A stretch of DNA of 64,000 bases from Lobosporangium transversale (taxonomy: Eukaryota): assembly GCF_002105155.1 (NCBI RefSeq), contig NW_019029021.1, positions 62,001-126,000 on the forward strand, read 5' to 3'. Position numbers and translations under genes: made by a program. Under the pieces are notes generated by a model, which made no database searches, was not told the origin of the DNA, and saw only the letters and a list, made by a program, of their open reading frames with translations. Position 1 is the stretch's first letter, and every line of letters starts with the position of its first letter. Positions 1-14,132 of the stretch are shown here, piece by piece.

Positions 1-240
1 AAAATCACTCATTCACTAGTTGAATCCTGCTTAAATGAATTAATTAACCTAGCATTACCAGCCATCCTCCTGAGTACTTCATTACTCACACCAGCATTCG
101 AAAAGAATGGTCGCTGCAGAAGAAGCTTTGCCTCAAGAGAAAGAGGAAAAGATTACACTAGTAAGACGAGGCGGAGCTATGTATGCCCACCGTGAATAAA
201 GCCCATGCCTTTTTTTTAATTGATCCAGCACTCAATTTGG

Positions 241-438
241 TCAGTAAAGAATAAAATAAAAATATGTAAAGGTGATAGACGCGACATTGATGATATCGAG
301 CATAACGGTCATAGAAACAAGGAAAAAAAGCACACCCTTCGCCTTGCGCAACCGCGTATACCAAGGGCCCTCCTCGGCGGTGATGGGTGTAGCAAACATT
401 GTAGTCGCTGTAGCTGTGTCTGAATCTGTGCCTGGCAT
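241..438 (-). pseudogene. Truncated MFS transporter paralog (exon-1-like fragment)
   Basis: PWYTRLRKAKGVLFFLVSMTVMLDIINVASIT aligns by eye with PWYRTLDQKKGLLLVLISMANMLDIINVASVT of the 4207-6161 gene. Similarity stops abruptly after ASITF and no matching downstream exon is visible in 1-240. Confidence 0.6.
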
Positions 439-2433
439 TTTATGAGGTTTGTCTTATTAATTAACCGAGTTGATGGATCTGCAAGCCTTGTTTGGTTAAG
501 GTTTTTAGGAAACCAAATTACTGGGTTATGATCTCAGAAGCAAAATAAAGGAATCAAAAAAAAAATAAAATAAAATAAAAATAAAAATAAAAATAAAAGT
601 AAAAATAAAAGTTAAAAAAAAAAAAGAAAGGACAAGGTGATTGAGAAAAAAAAGAAGCCAAGGTTAACTTGAGTACTAAATAAAAAGAAGAGGTATTGTA
701 TAGTTGCTGTTAGAAGAGTACGAACGGGAACCCGCCTTAAATACATTTTTTGGTGCGCAAGCTCAGTTGCTTATCGCCAATTTTATTTGGTCACGATACC
801 TTATATTTTTAATCTAAAAACGATGATTGAATTGTTCTGGTGGCATCTCACTACGTGACGGACTTGCAACAATACTCGTAACAAGCGAGATAATTGGCTG
901 CCAATACACTCGAAAGTATTCAAAAAATATAAGGTATCGCGACCAAATGAAACGGGCTATATATATAAATATGCCTCTTTGTCCAACGTTGAACTTTGCT
1001 TGTTTACAATATGCCTCTTGTCCAACGTTCAACTGCTCAGACTCCCCTACTTGAGGTTTTTTTAATGGAGCATTGTGCCATTTCACAGCCCCAATAACAC
1101 AAAGAAAATTGGCAAACCAAAAAGAAGAAAGAGCTCCCATTCCGCCGCATGCTCTCTTTTAGATGGCACTTCAAGTATTAAAAGGCAATTCTTTAGAAGA
1201 TCAGATTTCAGCTTTCTATGTATTGCAAATCTTTATTTTAGTTTGCGCAACGTCACAGCGTAAAAGAATGCGGGAATAAAAAATGACAAGAGCATTTCTA
1301 GGCTCTATTGCCTCTTATCGTGCTCCTACCCTACCGTACAGATATTGTACGATTGCCCTGTGTAAAAGAGAAATTACATTAGTCTTCAACGAGATACTCA
1401 TCTTTGCTTTTTGATAACTTTATTAGCTCGAAAAAAAAAAAGAATAAAATAGAATAAGCGCTATTTGGTTTGAGGGAAAGGCTCGTAAAGGCACCTAACA
1501 GTACTTCTTAGGGATGTTCTCCTCTAGTAGGGGGATTGAGAACTAAGCAATGAGTCTTTTGGCAAGTATGGTAGCTAAGATCATTAAGTTATGGGATACA
1601 GAGAACCGCACTAAACCATGTAAAAAAAGGAGGGTGTTCGGGCCGTTTGTGCCAAGGGACAGGGCCTATACTAGCTGGTTAAAATATTAGAGGGCACCAT
1701 TTTCTTCGTGATCATTAATGAAATTGATAACTCACAACGATTCGCTCCTTTGTAAGGACCTTATTTTGGTTGCAAATGCTTCACACCCGCTATACTGACA
1801 GGCTCTTTGATAGACATTCGTCCCTTTTCACCGGCCTCACAGGCTGCTGGGTCTAAATGTTGCTGTGCATGTCCCCAATACCAATCAGCAAGCGACAGTG
1901 GATTTTAATTTCCATTGAGGTTGTCACAAGGCAACCCAATTTTGACGGCGGGGTATTCCTTCTTGGGTTTCTGCGCTGATTCATTGAAATTTCAAGCTCC
2001 ATGGATACTCTCCATGGCCATCTCTAGTTTCTATGGAAGGACGAATGATTGTACTTTGGGCAGTGTATTTCGGTTGAGGCTTATTGTTAACCGGCTATAG
2101 GCGAAAAGACAAAAGAACGGCGGTTAAAGACAATCCTAAACGGGAAAGCAGAGCTATAATGAGAGAACGCTTAGTATACACAATGATTACCTCTTTTTGG
2201 GGATGTTAAGGAAAAGATACAACAGAAGAGGTAATCTTGGCATTCATCCCTTTAGCGATGAGGTTGCTTTTATTTGACTGCAACTGACTAGAAATGAGGA
2301 GGATAAGAAAAATACCCAGTTGGGAATACAGTGCCTAATGTTGAAATGGAGTCGATAGTTTTTCGATTATTTTTTTTAAATGGTCGAACCAGTCTGTCCC
2401 TCATCAAGTAAACCAAGTACCGGAGCTTCTTAA

Positions 2434-3300
2434 TTATCGAGCGAGGCCCTCCTCATTTAGGGCCGCGTTGGGCTTGAACGCTTCTGAGAGTGCTAATGTG
2501 CTCTCTTTCCGAATCGAGTTGCTTCTCAAGCGCAAGGTGGTCAAATTCGTCTTGGTCTTGAGCGCCTCTGACATTGCCAGAGCCCCTTCATTCCCAATTA
2601 AGTTGTTTTTCAAGCGCAAAGTAGTCAAGGCTGTGTTGGCCCTGAGTGTTTCTGAGAGCGCCAAGGCTCCTTTCCTTCCAATTGAGTTGTCCTTCCTTCC
2701 CAATAAAGTTATGCTGTAAATTCAAAGCGGTCAAAGCCGTGTTGTGCCTCTGATAGTGCCAGAGCTCCTTCATTCTCAACCGAATTGAACGCTAAATTCA
2801 ATGCTGTCAAGGCCATGTTCACCTTGAGTGCCTCTGACAGCGCCAGAACTCCCTCATTTCCAATCAAATTGGGCTCCAAGTCTAAAGAGACTAAGGTTGT
2901 GTTGGTCTTGAGCGAGTTTACAAGTATTTGAAAATCACTAGCTCCTATACATCGAGGCTTCATCTCAAAGGATATATGAAAATATGGCTTCCTAGGTTCT
3001 AAGCTACAGAGCTTTATGAAATCCTTGGATAGAACAATATGAATCGTCTTCATACTGGCAAGTCCAATGATACGGACAAGGATTTCATATCGGGTGGATG
3101 ATAAAAGTAGCCTCCTGCTGATGCTTTCTTGATGCCGTCCGAGGTCAAGCCGAAGAATCGATACACTTGACACCTTTTAGGCACTCTCGAACGTTTCAAG
3201 GTCAGTACTGGTACAATCCCAGTCGAATGTGACATCCAAGTCGTAAACACATCTTGCATTGGTTAGGGCGCTGAAGAATTCTTCTGCTCTGGTTCTGGAT
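2434..3300 (-). pseudogene. RNI-like (NLRC3-type) leucine-rich repeat gene, frameshifted
   Basis: 28-residue repeats of the type LxLxxNxIGNEGALALSEALKxNTxL are split over ORFs 2709-3173, 2588-2779 and 2434-2703 in different frames. The 5' limit is approximate. Confidence 0.75.
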
Positions 3301-4206
3301 CTCAATAAAATGGTTGCTTTACCGAGTTATGAGTCATAATTGTCGTCATTTATCTCGACCGCATTAATGAACGCTTTCTGTCCTTTTTCTTTGTATGTCA
3401 AACGATAATGTTCGAAACAAACCCATTTGCATTCCCGAGTTTTTTAAAGCAGGTAAATGGATAACGGTGTTGCTGCTACTGCTGCAGCAGTTGCTGTTGC
3501 TGAATTGCGGTGCTTCTGTAACGGCGTCCAAGACCCTTTCAGGATAGAATGCGATGCGTAGAGGCTCAATCCTAATAGAACAAAGCAAAGGCAAGTTAAA
3601 TTGAGTTTCCCATTTTCAGGAGCTGACAAAGTACCATGAACTGTTATATATACCTGCTGCCATTAGAGTCTACAAGGAATGGGATGGGAAGCTCATCTAA
3701 CTTGAATCGTAGTGCATTCGGAAACACGTCTCAAATGTCATGTAAACACACAAAATATGGCGAACTGCCATTACTTGCGGAGATGTTTGCATTCCTGACG
3801 CAAACTTTTTCAATGAATAGACGAATCCAGAGGCGGCTTTTGCTTATACAATAAAAAAGGCATATCACCTCACTTGATTGCCTTTTATCTTTCCATTCTT
3901 GCAACGTCAGAGAAAACTGTGAGTGAGCGAGACAAATTGCAAAGACGCCTTTTGTCCCCCAACTTTAAAAAAAATGGGTACGGGCACACAACCATTTCCT
4001 TTTCGACTACATTCAAACTTATTTGTTTATAGTATCGAAGCAACAAAAAAAAAAAAAAAAAAAAAAAAAGGCTGAAGACTCATTGATAATGAAGACATTG
4101 TGCATAAGGCTTCGCCATTGAATGAGAACACGTTTATTATTGCTCCTCGTGTCTTAACGTGCACCGTATTTGTATGACTTGAACTTTTCTATTTCATTTT
4201 TCTTCT

Positions 4207-6161
4207 TCAATTCCTCGTCTCCTGCTTCTGCCCCTCATCACTCCCTGCCTTGCCATTTCCTTCCAAAATTGAGATGCTACTGCTTTCAACTGTAGCGGGC
4301 TCCCCTTTCTCTTGATCTCCCTCAACAGTTTCTGGATCAATGTCCAAGAATTCAATAGGATCCTGATTTGAGGCAAAAATCGCTGTCAGGATCATGCCAG
4401 TGCCCCCAAAGACCGCAAACGCATAGAATGCGGCTCTATATCCGCTCATCAGAGCCTCAGGTGTTCCACCTATGCCTTCGAATGTTTGAGACATAATAGT
4501 TCCAATTGCAAGGCCAATAGGACCACCCAGCTGTATGGCAACGTTGAAGACTGCTCCAACCACGCCTTGGTCCTCATCCTCAGCGTCAGCGACTACATTG
4601 ACTTGACAACACATCCACGTCGGTGAGAGGCCCAAGCAGTTCACGATGAAGGCAGGGAACGCAAAGTGCCAATAGGTTGTACCAGGTACAATTTGAGCAA
4701 AGATAATGGCTGATGTGATGATCAAAGTCCATCCGATCAACATAATGAACTTAGTACGGATATACTTGAATAGTCGGGTGACTGTATAGAGCCCAATGAC
4801 AAGGCCAACGCCGTGGACGATGTAACAGCAGGCTGTGATTAGAGGAGAGTATTTGAGCACATTCTGGAAAGTCAATGAGGTGAAGAAGATCATGGTGTTG
4901 TAGCATGCGGTCACACATATTATCACTAGGACGCTTGCTGAAAATCGACGGGAACTCCAGATACGGAAAGGCATGATTGGGTACTCGATCCGACGTTCCC
5001 AAAAGATGAAGCCGGCCAAAAGAACCAAACCCACAATAAAGGGCGTCAACGTTTGTGCAGATCCCCAGCCGACAGTCGTGGATTCAGAAAGATAGTAGAT
5101 TACCATGACAACACCGGCCATGAAAAGAGCGACGCCCAAATAGTCAACACGGCGATCTGTATTGCCAGGGTTATCATTGACATTGGAGATGATAAAGAAG
5201 CCAGCAACAGCCATTGTGATCGAAATAATGGCAGTGACAAAAAAGATCCAATACCAACCAATAGTAGCATCGAAAATACCACCCAGAAGGACGCCAGTCG
5301 TCTGGCCAATACAACCTGCACCACCGAACATGGAAAGAGCAAATGTCCGTTCAGGCCCTAATGGATAGGTTGTGGTGAGCAACGCAAGGGCTGAAGGGAT
5401 TGTGAGCCCAGCACCAGCTCCCTGTAGAGCTCGTGCGATAGACATGAAGATTGGATCCCTAGCGAAGCCGCAGACCAGCGACCAGATTCCAAACCAAGTG
5501 GTGCCAGTCAGGAACACCCTACGATGACCAAATAGATCTCCCTATAAGGATATCAGCGAATCAAGTACGGAAATACCTGTCAGTACGTCCACTACGATCT
5601 TTATAGTGCAGCAAGCTTTGAAGGCTCTATTATGGTTCAATAACTGGTGTAGGAGCAACTGTTTCTGCAGAATGAAGAAAGAATAAAAAAGCCTTACCAT
5701 CCTACCGCCAACTAAGAGGAATGCAGCATATGTAAGAGCATAGCTACTCACAATCCTACAAACGAGCAGGCAAAGCAATATGAGGGATACAAGTAAAAAT
5801 ATAAAGATAAAAAATAGGCGGGTTAGTAGGCAGCTTGGAGCACGACTTTCCTGGTACAGATACACAGAGGAGGAAAAGAGGGCGATATCAGGTAGGCATA
5901 TAAAACGATACACGCGCCTATTTCTTACCATTGGAGCTGATTTGGCTCATAATGAACATCACGCAGAATGGACGGGAGGGCGATGGTGACAGAAGCGACA
6001 TTGATAATATCAAGCATATTCGCCATAGAAATCAGGACGAGCAATAAGCCCTTTTTCTGATCTAGCGTCCTATACCAAGGAAGCTTTGCTTTTGCTGGTT
6101 GTGGATCCAAAGTATATACATGATTACTTGAGGTGATTGTGGATGCGTCTATATCAGCCAT
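4207..6161 (-). CDS. MFS drug:H+ antiporter-like transporter (DHA2/14-TMS type), 3 exons
   Basis: Exons about 6161-5928, 5755-5698 and 5542-4207 with GTAAG...AG introns. The junctions give QW-IVSSYALTYAAFLLVGGRM-GDLFGHRRVF (MFS motif A); also ARALQGAGAG and many hydrophobic helices. Confidence 0.92.
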
Positions 6162-8452
6162 TAGTTCTCTTCTTGGGCTATAGACTCAAATACAGCGAAT
6201 GGGGTTCTAAAGTCTAGCAGGTAACTTTGAAAACAGTAGAATAAAAAAATAAAATGAAATAAAAGGTGGTGATAAATGCAAGAAGGAGGATAAAAGAGAG
6301 CGGAAATGAGAGATGGGATAGAATGACCTGTTAAAAAATAAATAAGGATGACTATTCTTATAAGATTATTATGCTGAATTGCAACTGAAGAAATGGAAAA
6401 ATAAGTGCAGATCGGATCTAACAGAGAAATTGCATTCTTTTTATACTTTTGCTGGCCTCCATCCCCGGGCAGAGCATTTTGCTGTCTATATTTTAGTAAT
6501 TATGGCTTTCAAATTGAAATTGCGTCGCAATCAAGGTTACGCGTAGGCTTTTGATTATATTCCCGTTATAATATGTTACTCCAATGTTTGGAATCAATGA
6601 CGACTTAATCAAAACATTAAGCAAATAAGCATTCGAGGAAATGGCTGGATAAGATTATGCTTGATTTCTAAGCATCCTCTTGACCAAAACCTAAATTCAA
6701 AGTACACACACCTTATTGGTTTAGGAATATTCCGCGCTAGTGTGCAATGGTTTTCTATTATTCATTCGGATTTTTTGTCATTTTGTTACATGCCTTTCAA
6801 TGCGGAAACAATTACAATTTGTTGTACACAAGTCCAGGGTGATAATAAAGGCTCCTGGTTAATAGCTTTACGATAGATTGCCTGCACCTCCCGCCTTGGA
6901 AGGAAACTGCGCATGAATATCACTTGCCGAAGAATATATAAGTAAGAATAAAAACTGTTCATTGATAAGAATAATGGTGCGTGTAGTGAGCACTGCTCTT
7001 ATACGCTGAGTAATGATGCTCATTAGTCAAAAGATCTGCGCTTGGCAATAGCTTTAGCCTTATATCGGAACAGACTTCATAGTGCATCTTTTCAAAAGTG
7101 CATGCATATCCGTTGCCGCAGTATATTTTGTGAAAGCTTATTCTGTTCTTAAACCTTGATCCCACTGCGCTTTTTTTTTTGCTCCTTAAACTTTAAGGTA
7201 GCTGTTAAGGAAGTAAAGATTTATTCGCTCCACCTATTAACATCTATACTTATTAACACACCAATATGGCACAATTGATGTGGTAGCGAGATACCCAAAA
7301 AGTGAGACAAAAAGTGGGACAATTTTTCCAAGTAGAAGCCAATATAAAAAAGAATTAGCCGTACCAGCATTCGACTCAGAATTGTATCAAGAGTGGATTA
7401 CCTTGAACAATAATAGTACCCCATGATTGGCTGCCCTCCTCAAATCATATATCGGCTGATTTGGGGCGGAAAGACTTAGAATCAAATAAAAGTTTTTTTT
7501 AAGAGCATCCAACGGGATCGCTCCTATCCCATAAACCGTAATAACCGCAAATTTCTCTAAAACTTTTCCTCAAAAAATTAATCCACTTCACAAAGCCAGA
7601 TTGAAAGAGCGCAAAAACTACATCGACTGGGTTTTTCTTCCATTCTTATTACCACCTCATTACAAGCAAACTGATTGACTTCAATACATGGACATTCAAG
7701 ATTACTCAAAAATATACGGTTTAAGCGATAGTCTATTCGCCTGATAGCCAGTTCATTGCTTCAGATAGCAATGACTATTGAATCCAATATCAGGCCAGTG
7801 CTCAATTGCCCTTCCTTCCGGAGATCGATATTGATATCCTTACGAGATCACTCGATGAACTGAAGATCATGCTCGTCGAATTGGCCCTACAATCTGTTAA
7901 TATTTGGTTGGAGGCCACCAAGGTGCCCAAACAAGGGAAAAGGTTCAAGCTCCTTAAATCAAATTAAAGCCAGAAATAGCAAGACAATTAGGTTGTGAGA
8001 ACTAAAGTCAAATAATTACATCAATACAACCACACCTCCGAATAAATCTGGAATTTTGCTAGGTAGACATCCGTTACACTGGAGGCAAATGGTTGTGAGT
8101 GGCAGGGTCTGGAACCGTGGTGATAAATCAAATCATTGAAAGGCAAAAGGGAGCTTCGTAAATCCGCTTGCTCCCCATATGCATACGCGAAGAGGATATG
8201 ACTCCCCAAATCTTTGCATTAGGGAATACAATACTGCCACAGCTACCCTGGTCATACATCATACATCATATTGGTCAAGTACACTGGTAAAAGAAAATGC
8301 GGAGGAGAGGGCTCGAAATTTTGAAACTGAAGGCATATCTTTAATATTAACAATAACAGGGGTTTATTAATTTTGGTATTTTGGTATTGTCCACAAGGCT
8401 CAATTTTGAAGATTGTTGCGCCGGTATACTTGACTTTTTTTAACATAATAAC

Positions 8453-8830
8453 TCAATGAAAACTCTTTTCATATCTCTTTGGTGTGTTTCTCACCATTTC
8501 CCCTTTCAAAGCCTTGAGTCGCATGTCCAGAAGCGCATACTGCTCTTTATAAAGCTTAACGAGATTTTGCTTAGCTAGGATGACTTGCTTAATCATCTTC
8601 ATTACCCGGTCTACATATGTGCTTCCAGCACCAAACTCGCCCGTAGGCAGGATTAGGCCCATGTTGATCCTCTCGGTCATGAGTTCTTGATAATCAATCG
8701 AGCTAAAGCGACCGGACTCTACCTTTTTACTCAGTTTGATGTGATAGCTGAGATCATCTTCACATCTGGCAATACAATCCACGACGGTAATCATCATCTC
8801 TATAACTTGATGGATGCTGGGGGTGCTCAT
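8453..8830 (-). CDS. Small orphan helical protein (125 aa), paralog of 9536-9865
   Basis: Intact ATG ORF; shares MST..I..V....IA.C..D..YH..L...ER.N and VDR...M...VI......Y..Q...L with its neighbour. Confidence 0.7.
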   Translation of the reverse strand: MSTPSIHQVIEMMITVVDCIARCEDDLSYHIKLSKKVESGRFSSIDYQELMTERINMGLILPTGEFGAGSTYVDRVMKMIKQVILAKQNLVKLYKEQYALLDMRLKALKGEMVRNTPKRYEKSFH

Positions 8831-9535
8831 CTTGAAGGAAGAGGGCTAAAAAATAAGAGCCAGAGTTATAAAAATGTAACCGTTAATTATTTAGGGGCAA
8901 TTCAGGGAGAACTTTAGGCGCAGGATATGGAATGAGAAGAAATAAAGAGAAAGAAACAGTAAAAAGCAAATGATATGGAAACTGACGTGTCATCTTGTCT
9001 GTATCCCCTTCCACTCTCGACGTTGTTCTATCGACAAGAGCATATTGATAAGAAATCCCATTTAATGGAAGTAAAAGGATCGATGAAACCATAATATGAT
9101 CCATAAGGAGCTGTGAGGCTAGCCAGTGATCTGAGAGGCCCTATATTGTGGGAATTCAATGAAGTGCGTTGAAGCTTAAAATAAAACAAGCCCTTAAGGC
9201 AATAAGGCAACAAGGCTGAAAAAGCGTCAGCATAATTTTCAAAGCTTCGCGACGCGTAAGTGTAAACATTAATTATCACGAATTTTACATACACAAAGCC
9301 CGGTTTTGTAATACAGCAATGAAATAGAGTTTGTCTTTCATTTTACATCCCTATGTCGCTTATGAGAGCCTAGTTGAAGATGCTTCAACTGGTCCTCATA
9401 TGAATTTATCTTTTTCATGAACTACAGAGTGATGAGCCAAGCTTAGCTTTTAATTCTTTAAATGCTATGTGCCACCACCCCCTTTAAAGGAGGGGAGTTT
9501 AAGGCTCTCCAATGATTGTCTGGCAGACTCTTGGT

Positions 9536-9865
9536 TTACTGTAGCTCCTTAAGTATCTTTTCAAGTCCCTCAAGTTGTTGCTTATAACGCGCAATGGCGG
9601 TCTTGTTTACTTCAATAACCTCCTCGACCATTGATACTAATCGGTCCACCAGTTCGTAATCTCCGTCGGAATCGTGCTTACCAGCACCAAGGTTGATGTT
9701 GGCTCTCTCGAACTTGAGCTTGTTGCGTTCGATTATATCACAATTGTTAAGTTTAGCTCTGGCGAGTAAGGCAGTGTGGTATTCGATATCACTGTTGCAT
9801 TTGGCGATGGACTTATTGGTCGATTCAATACCCTTTCGGACGTCTTCAATATTTGATGTGCTCAT
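9536..9865 (-). CDS. Small orphan helical protein (109 aa), paralog of 8453-8830
   Basis: Intact ORF with conserved similarity to the tandem neighbour; both ATGs sit in the same caagATGagcac context. Confidence 0.7.
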   Translation of the reverse strand: MSTSNIEDVRKGIESTNKSIAKCNSDIEYHTALLARAKLNNCDIIERNKLKFERANINLGAGKHDSDGDYELVDRLVSMVEEVIEVNKTAIARYKQQLEGLEKILKELQ

Positions 9866-10710
9866 CTTGGTATTGGAAAATACAGGGGACCTAGGGTATG
9901 AGTAATCTTCGATCGAAAATAAGAGTTATTATATCACTTGAAGCTCGTGCGGGGCTTAAGAGCGCAATGGAGAGATGGGTAGAAGGAAAAGTGTTGAAGT
10001 AGAGGGCTGTTGAGCAGTGCTATAAGATTCCAGGTATTTATACGCGTTATTCTTTTTATACTCCCTCACATCATCTTGCTTTTGACAGTACAAGGGGACT
10101 AGAAGTATCATTTTAAAAAAATAAAAAAATAAAAATAAAAAAAGGCTGGAAGAAATGACTTTGAAGCCTGGCAAATCGCCGTATACATCATAGTATAAGA
10201 TGATAGGAAACATAATGGTGCACCTGACTCTAATGAATGATCAACACAGATATTAGCCTATACAAAAGCTGATCCACAATGGGGGGGAGGCCTCTTGTTG
10301 GAGGTTATAGGTACTACTTTGATAAAATGAATAATTCAGCAAACAAACGTTGCTCAGTCATTAAGGATAAAAGGCTAGTTACGCGCGAAGTGCTGTCGCT
10401 CATGATACTTTGTTGGCATGTAATAGAAAATAGCCATGAAAAAAAGGATCCATTATAGAAGCGAGAGATACGAAAAGGATTTAAACGAATAAGCGAGATA
10501 TCTCTACCGCAAAAACGGTGGTGTTCGGCTTTTTGCCACTAATTTATGCTTTAAATATGCTTTACAGCTGGTTTTCTCGTTCATATATTCTCCCTCAACT
10601 CCTTTTCACCATCTTACGCACCGGACGCGTTAGCACATATTTTTCTTGCTCCATTGTATCCATTACTCTTCATCATAAGCAACCAGAGCGCAAAGCAAAG
10701 AATAAAAAAC

Positions 10711-11418
10711 ATGGCCGATTTTGAACACATCGATATCTCGGAGAGGTTGACTCGCGTCGCGAACGAGATTAACGCCTGTGATGAGCGAATCAACTCACTC
10801 CAAGATATGATCAACTTCTGGGAAAACTCCTTAGCGGGAGACCAAAGAGGACCTGCACCTGCAGAACCCAATACAGGCTACCCTATGACTGTGTCCCCTG
10901 AAGCTTTGGATATGTCCCAGGGACAGGCACAAACAATTGAAATATCCGAACAACAAGGCCTATTTGAGCAACATGGGTTGCCGGAGAGACATGGGCTATT
11001 TGAGCAATACAAACCATCAGATCAATATGAATTGCTAGAACAGTGCGGACCAGTAGAGCATGGTGGATCGTCAGAACAGCTAGGACCATTCGAGTGGCAC
11101 GGAGTAGCTGACCAATACCGGCCATCAGAACAACAGGATCCTTCAGAACAACATGTGCCGTTAGAACAATATGAAACGTTAAAACAAGAAGAACTATTAG
11201 AGCAACAGGAAGCATTAGAGCCTACGACTTCCGATGGAATGGAGCATTTGTACGATTATTCGTTACAGGAGCAAACTGAGAGGACCCTGGATGAGCTGAA
11301 TTCCTTCTTACGGGAAGCAATAAGAACAAAAGACGAGCTGGAAGGTGCCATGGTTATTCTCATGACTGAATTTATGCTGAAGGAGGGTCCCGATAATAGC
11401 AAAGATAAGAGTAGCTAA
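10711..11418 (+). CDS. Acidic orphan protein with about 15 internal hexapeptide repeats
   Basis: ATG at 10711 (aaaacATGg). Helical N- and C-terminal segments flank EQQGLF/EQHGLP/ERHGLF/EQYKPS-type repeats at about 10948-11217. Confidence 0.7.
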   Translation: MADFEHIDISERLTRVANEINACDERINSLQDMINFWENSLAGDQRGPAPAEPNTGYPMTVSPEALDMSQGQAQTIEISEQQGLFEQHGLPERHGLFEQYKPSDQYELLEQCGPVEHGGSSEQLGPFEWHGVADQYRPSEQQDPSEQHVPLEQYETLKQEELLEQQEALEPTTSDGMEHLYDYSLQEQTERTLDELNSFLREAIRTKDELEGAMVILMTEFMLKEGPDNSKDKSS

Positions 11419-12888
11419 CCGAGCAAATGACATAACTGCATAATGGAAACAAATAGAATAAAGATTTGGAAACAGTTGTTGCTGTCGATACGAGGGCAAA
11501 GGTTTGTCCTGCTGGCAGTGTGTGGATAACTTTGCTTTTTTTAATCTTCATTGCTCCGAACCACAATGTCGCATAAAAGCGAAACGTCTTCCTCGTTACG
11601 TATCAAGAGCTTAGTTTCCTCAGCTCCCTTCTTTGATACGGCCTTGCTTCTTGGTGGTATCCACATGCCCTCAATTCGGTCACAGAGGCGGTTATTGTTA
11701 TTGTGTTATTGTGGCATGTTTTTCAGGATGGTTGGTAGGTTTGCCATAGTGCCAGAATATTAGGTGCTTTTTAATCGTTTAAAAAGAGAAGGATAAGAAC
11801 CTATATAAGGCGTAGGGATTTCCTACTTCATCCCTGTCTGTCCCGCTTTTACTTTGTACTCGCAATGATCCAAGGAAATCTACTATAATAACCCGCTTTA
11901 CTTCAAGGTGACCAGACTCAACCAAGCAGGATCAACAGTACCGGGTATTTACAAAGCTCGTAGATAACTCATATAATGCTAGCTGACTCCCCAAACCCTT
12001 GGGCCTAGAACTGAAGGTTCCTCCTCCATGATAGATGACCAGGAAGCACCCCAAACCCCATCTCATGCTCAAGGATGCCCTCCATGCCACCAATCTTCCC
12101 ACTGTTGGATTTCCTGTTATTGCTGGGAAGCAGTATCTCAGGTTCTAAAAGCGCAAAAATTAATCAAATCCCGTCTAGATCTCTAAGAGTTTTGGCGAGA
12201 TAACCAAGTAAGCTTGTAACGGAAATACCTGAATGGGGTAATTTTACCAGTTAAGATTTGTTCAAATCCCCATGTATCCTAACAACCCTGGTGTAGTTAC
12301 TGAAGAAGCCCAAAAGACCAAGGGAAGAGCTATTAACCCTTGGTTAACTATGTTTTCGTTTTTAAAGGATTATGCTCTTAACCCCTATATCCAGGAGAAC
12401 ACGCATTAGGATTGTAAGTCTTCTCTGAATAGGAACACAGTGGACAACATATACAAAGCCGAATGTGTATGTTCGTTTTTTCCTTAAGTACTTTTCTTTT
12501 AAAGATATAACTGAATTTACTAGAGTTACCATGAATTCTGTTCCACGAGCGCATGTTTTAAAATAAGTGTTGGACAATCTTGGACACAACGGCATTTTAC
12601 ATTAACTGATAAAATTGAGAGCTGCTACTTACTGATGGTTACAAAATAAAAAATAAAAAAGCTGGCTTGCATTCCTGATAGAAGTGAGGACATACAACAA
12701 ACCGGTCGAGCAGCATATTGCTTTCTGAGCATTTTTTATTCTCGTTTCTTTGCTGTTTCTGCTTTTCTTTTTACTTTTCAACCATTGCAAGCTTTAAGCT
12801 CTATCCTTTCTCACCTGAAGAGAGAAAAAAAGCCATTTCCTTTACACCAGTTTTTCCACTTCCTTTGTCACCTTTTATAGCCTTATTT

Positions 12889-12920
<32 letters not shown>

Positions 12921-12921
<1 letters not shown>

Positions 12922-13421
12922 TGGCCTACAACTACAACACTGAGCGCGAAATAGTTGTTGGTAGGCGAATGGCGCTTCACCAACGGATTTTGGACTATCG
13001 TTCCATGATCGAGCTCGTAAAACAGATGTTGGATGACCAAGAGCGGATCGTGCACGACGTCGATCTTTACCTTATGTTCGAGAACGTGCTTCTGGGAGCG
13101 ACCAGACTTTTGGAAATCCCCAGACTACCTACTTTTGCCGTTGGACGAGCTCAGGCTTCCCATCTCCAAGCGAGTACTCAAGTTAGTGCTCAAAACCAAG
13201 CTCAAACTGCGGCCTGGGTTCGGACTACCCTCAAGGTCCCTTTGATCGGACGACCTTTTAATGCTGGATGTGGAGCGCAACCGCTCATTGACGAAGTATT
13301 GGTGAGACGACAGCGAATTGTGGACGCCAGGGCTTTGCTGAGGGAATTGGAACGTATAATGGAGAAGGACAAGAGGACTTATGAGACTCTTGGCGAAGCC
13401 TTGCTTAGCATTGACGGTTAA
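12921..13421 (+). CDS. Orphan protein, 166 aa, helical ends
   Basis: Intact ATG ORF after a poly-A tract, with coding-like composition against AT-rich flanks. Confidence 0.6.
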
Positions 13422-14132
13422 AATAAGGCTGCCTCCGCGAGGGCATCCTTCCTTTTGAAACAAGCTTGCGCTTTAAATTTATTTTCCTGCTTGTCGAGTC
13501 GTCTCAAAAATGGTCTTCAAGTAGAAAACAGAAATGAAGGCGAAAATAAAATGCAATTAAGCATATAAAAAGGATCTACAATAGCTGCAGAGCGTCCTTT
13601 GATGCATTTGGATTTATTAAATCTCTCCCCTGTCTTTTTTTATCGTGTGGAATATGTTAGAAATGAGGCCTGCATGACTGAAAGGTTTTATTTTAGTTAT
13701 TCAGGTAGCAGGGTCTAGTTTTTTTCTTTTTTTTTTCTTGCGCGGATCCTGATAATCTCGAGTCCGTTCATGAGGACAAAAAATAAGATAATTTTATCTG
13801 AGCTTCATGTAAAAAAGATAAAATAAATAATATATGCGTTTAAGAAACAGCTTCAAGTATACAATAAAAACATATCATCTGCAAGAACCTCTTTTACTCT
13901 TATTTTTTATTTTTTACTTTTTTTCTTAAGTCTTTGTGTGTTTCGAAGAGTCATTTCCACATTTCCACCGATTAGCAAAAAAAAGAATAACTGTCCCTTT
14001 TTGCAATTTATACCTCCCCTACTTTTGCCCTTGGTAAATTACCTCATTTATCTTCTCGCTTCGTGGGCCTTTAATACCCACTGCCATCCACATCCACACC
14101 CTAAAGCTGCTCTGAGGCAAACTAGCAGGGAT

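Noticed and set aside
968..1035. Two near-identical ~27-bp direct repeats (atatgcctct(t)tgtccaacgtt.aact)
   Set aside because: Only two units with a ~13-bp gap; a local duplication, not a CRISPR-like array.
7500..8370. Coding-like plus-strand stretch, possible transposon relic
   Set aside because: Many stops and no motif I can assign.
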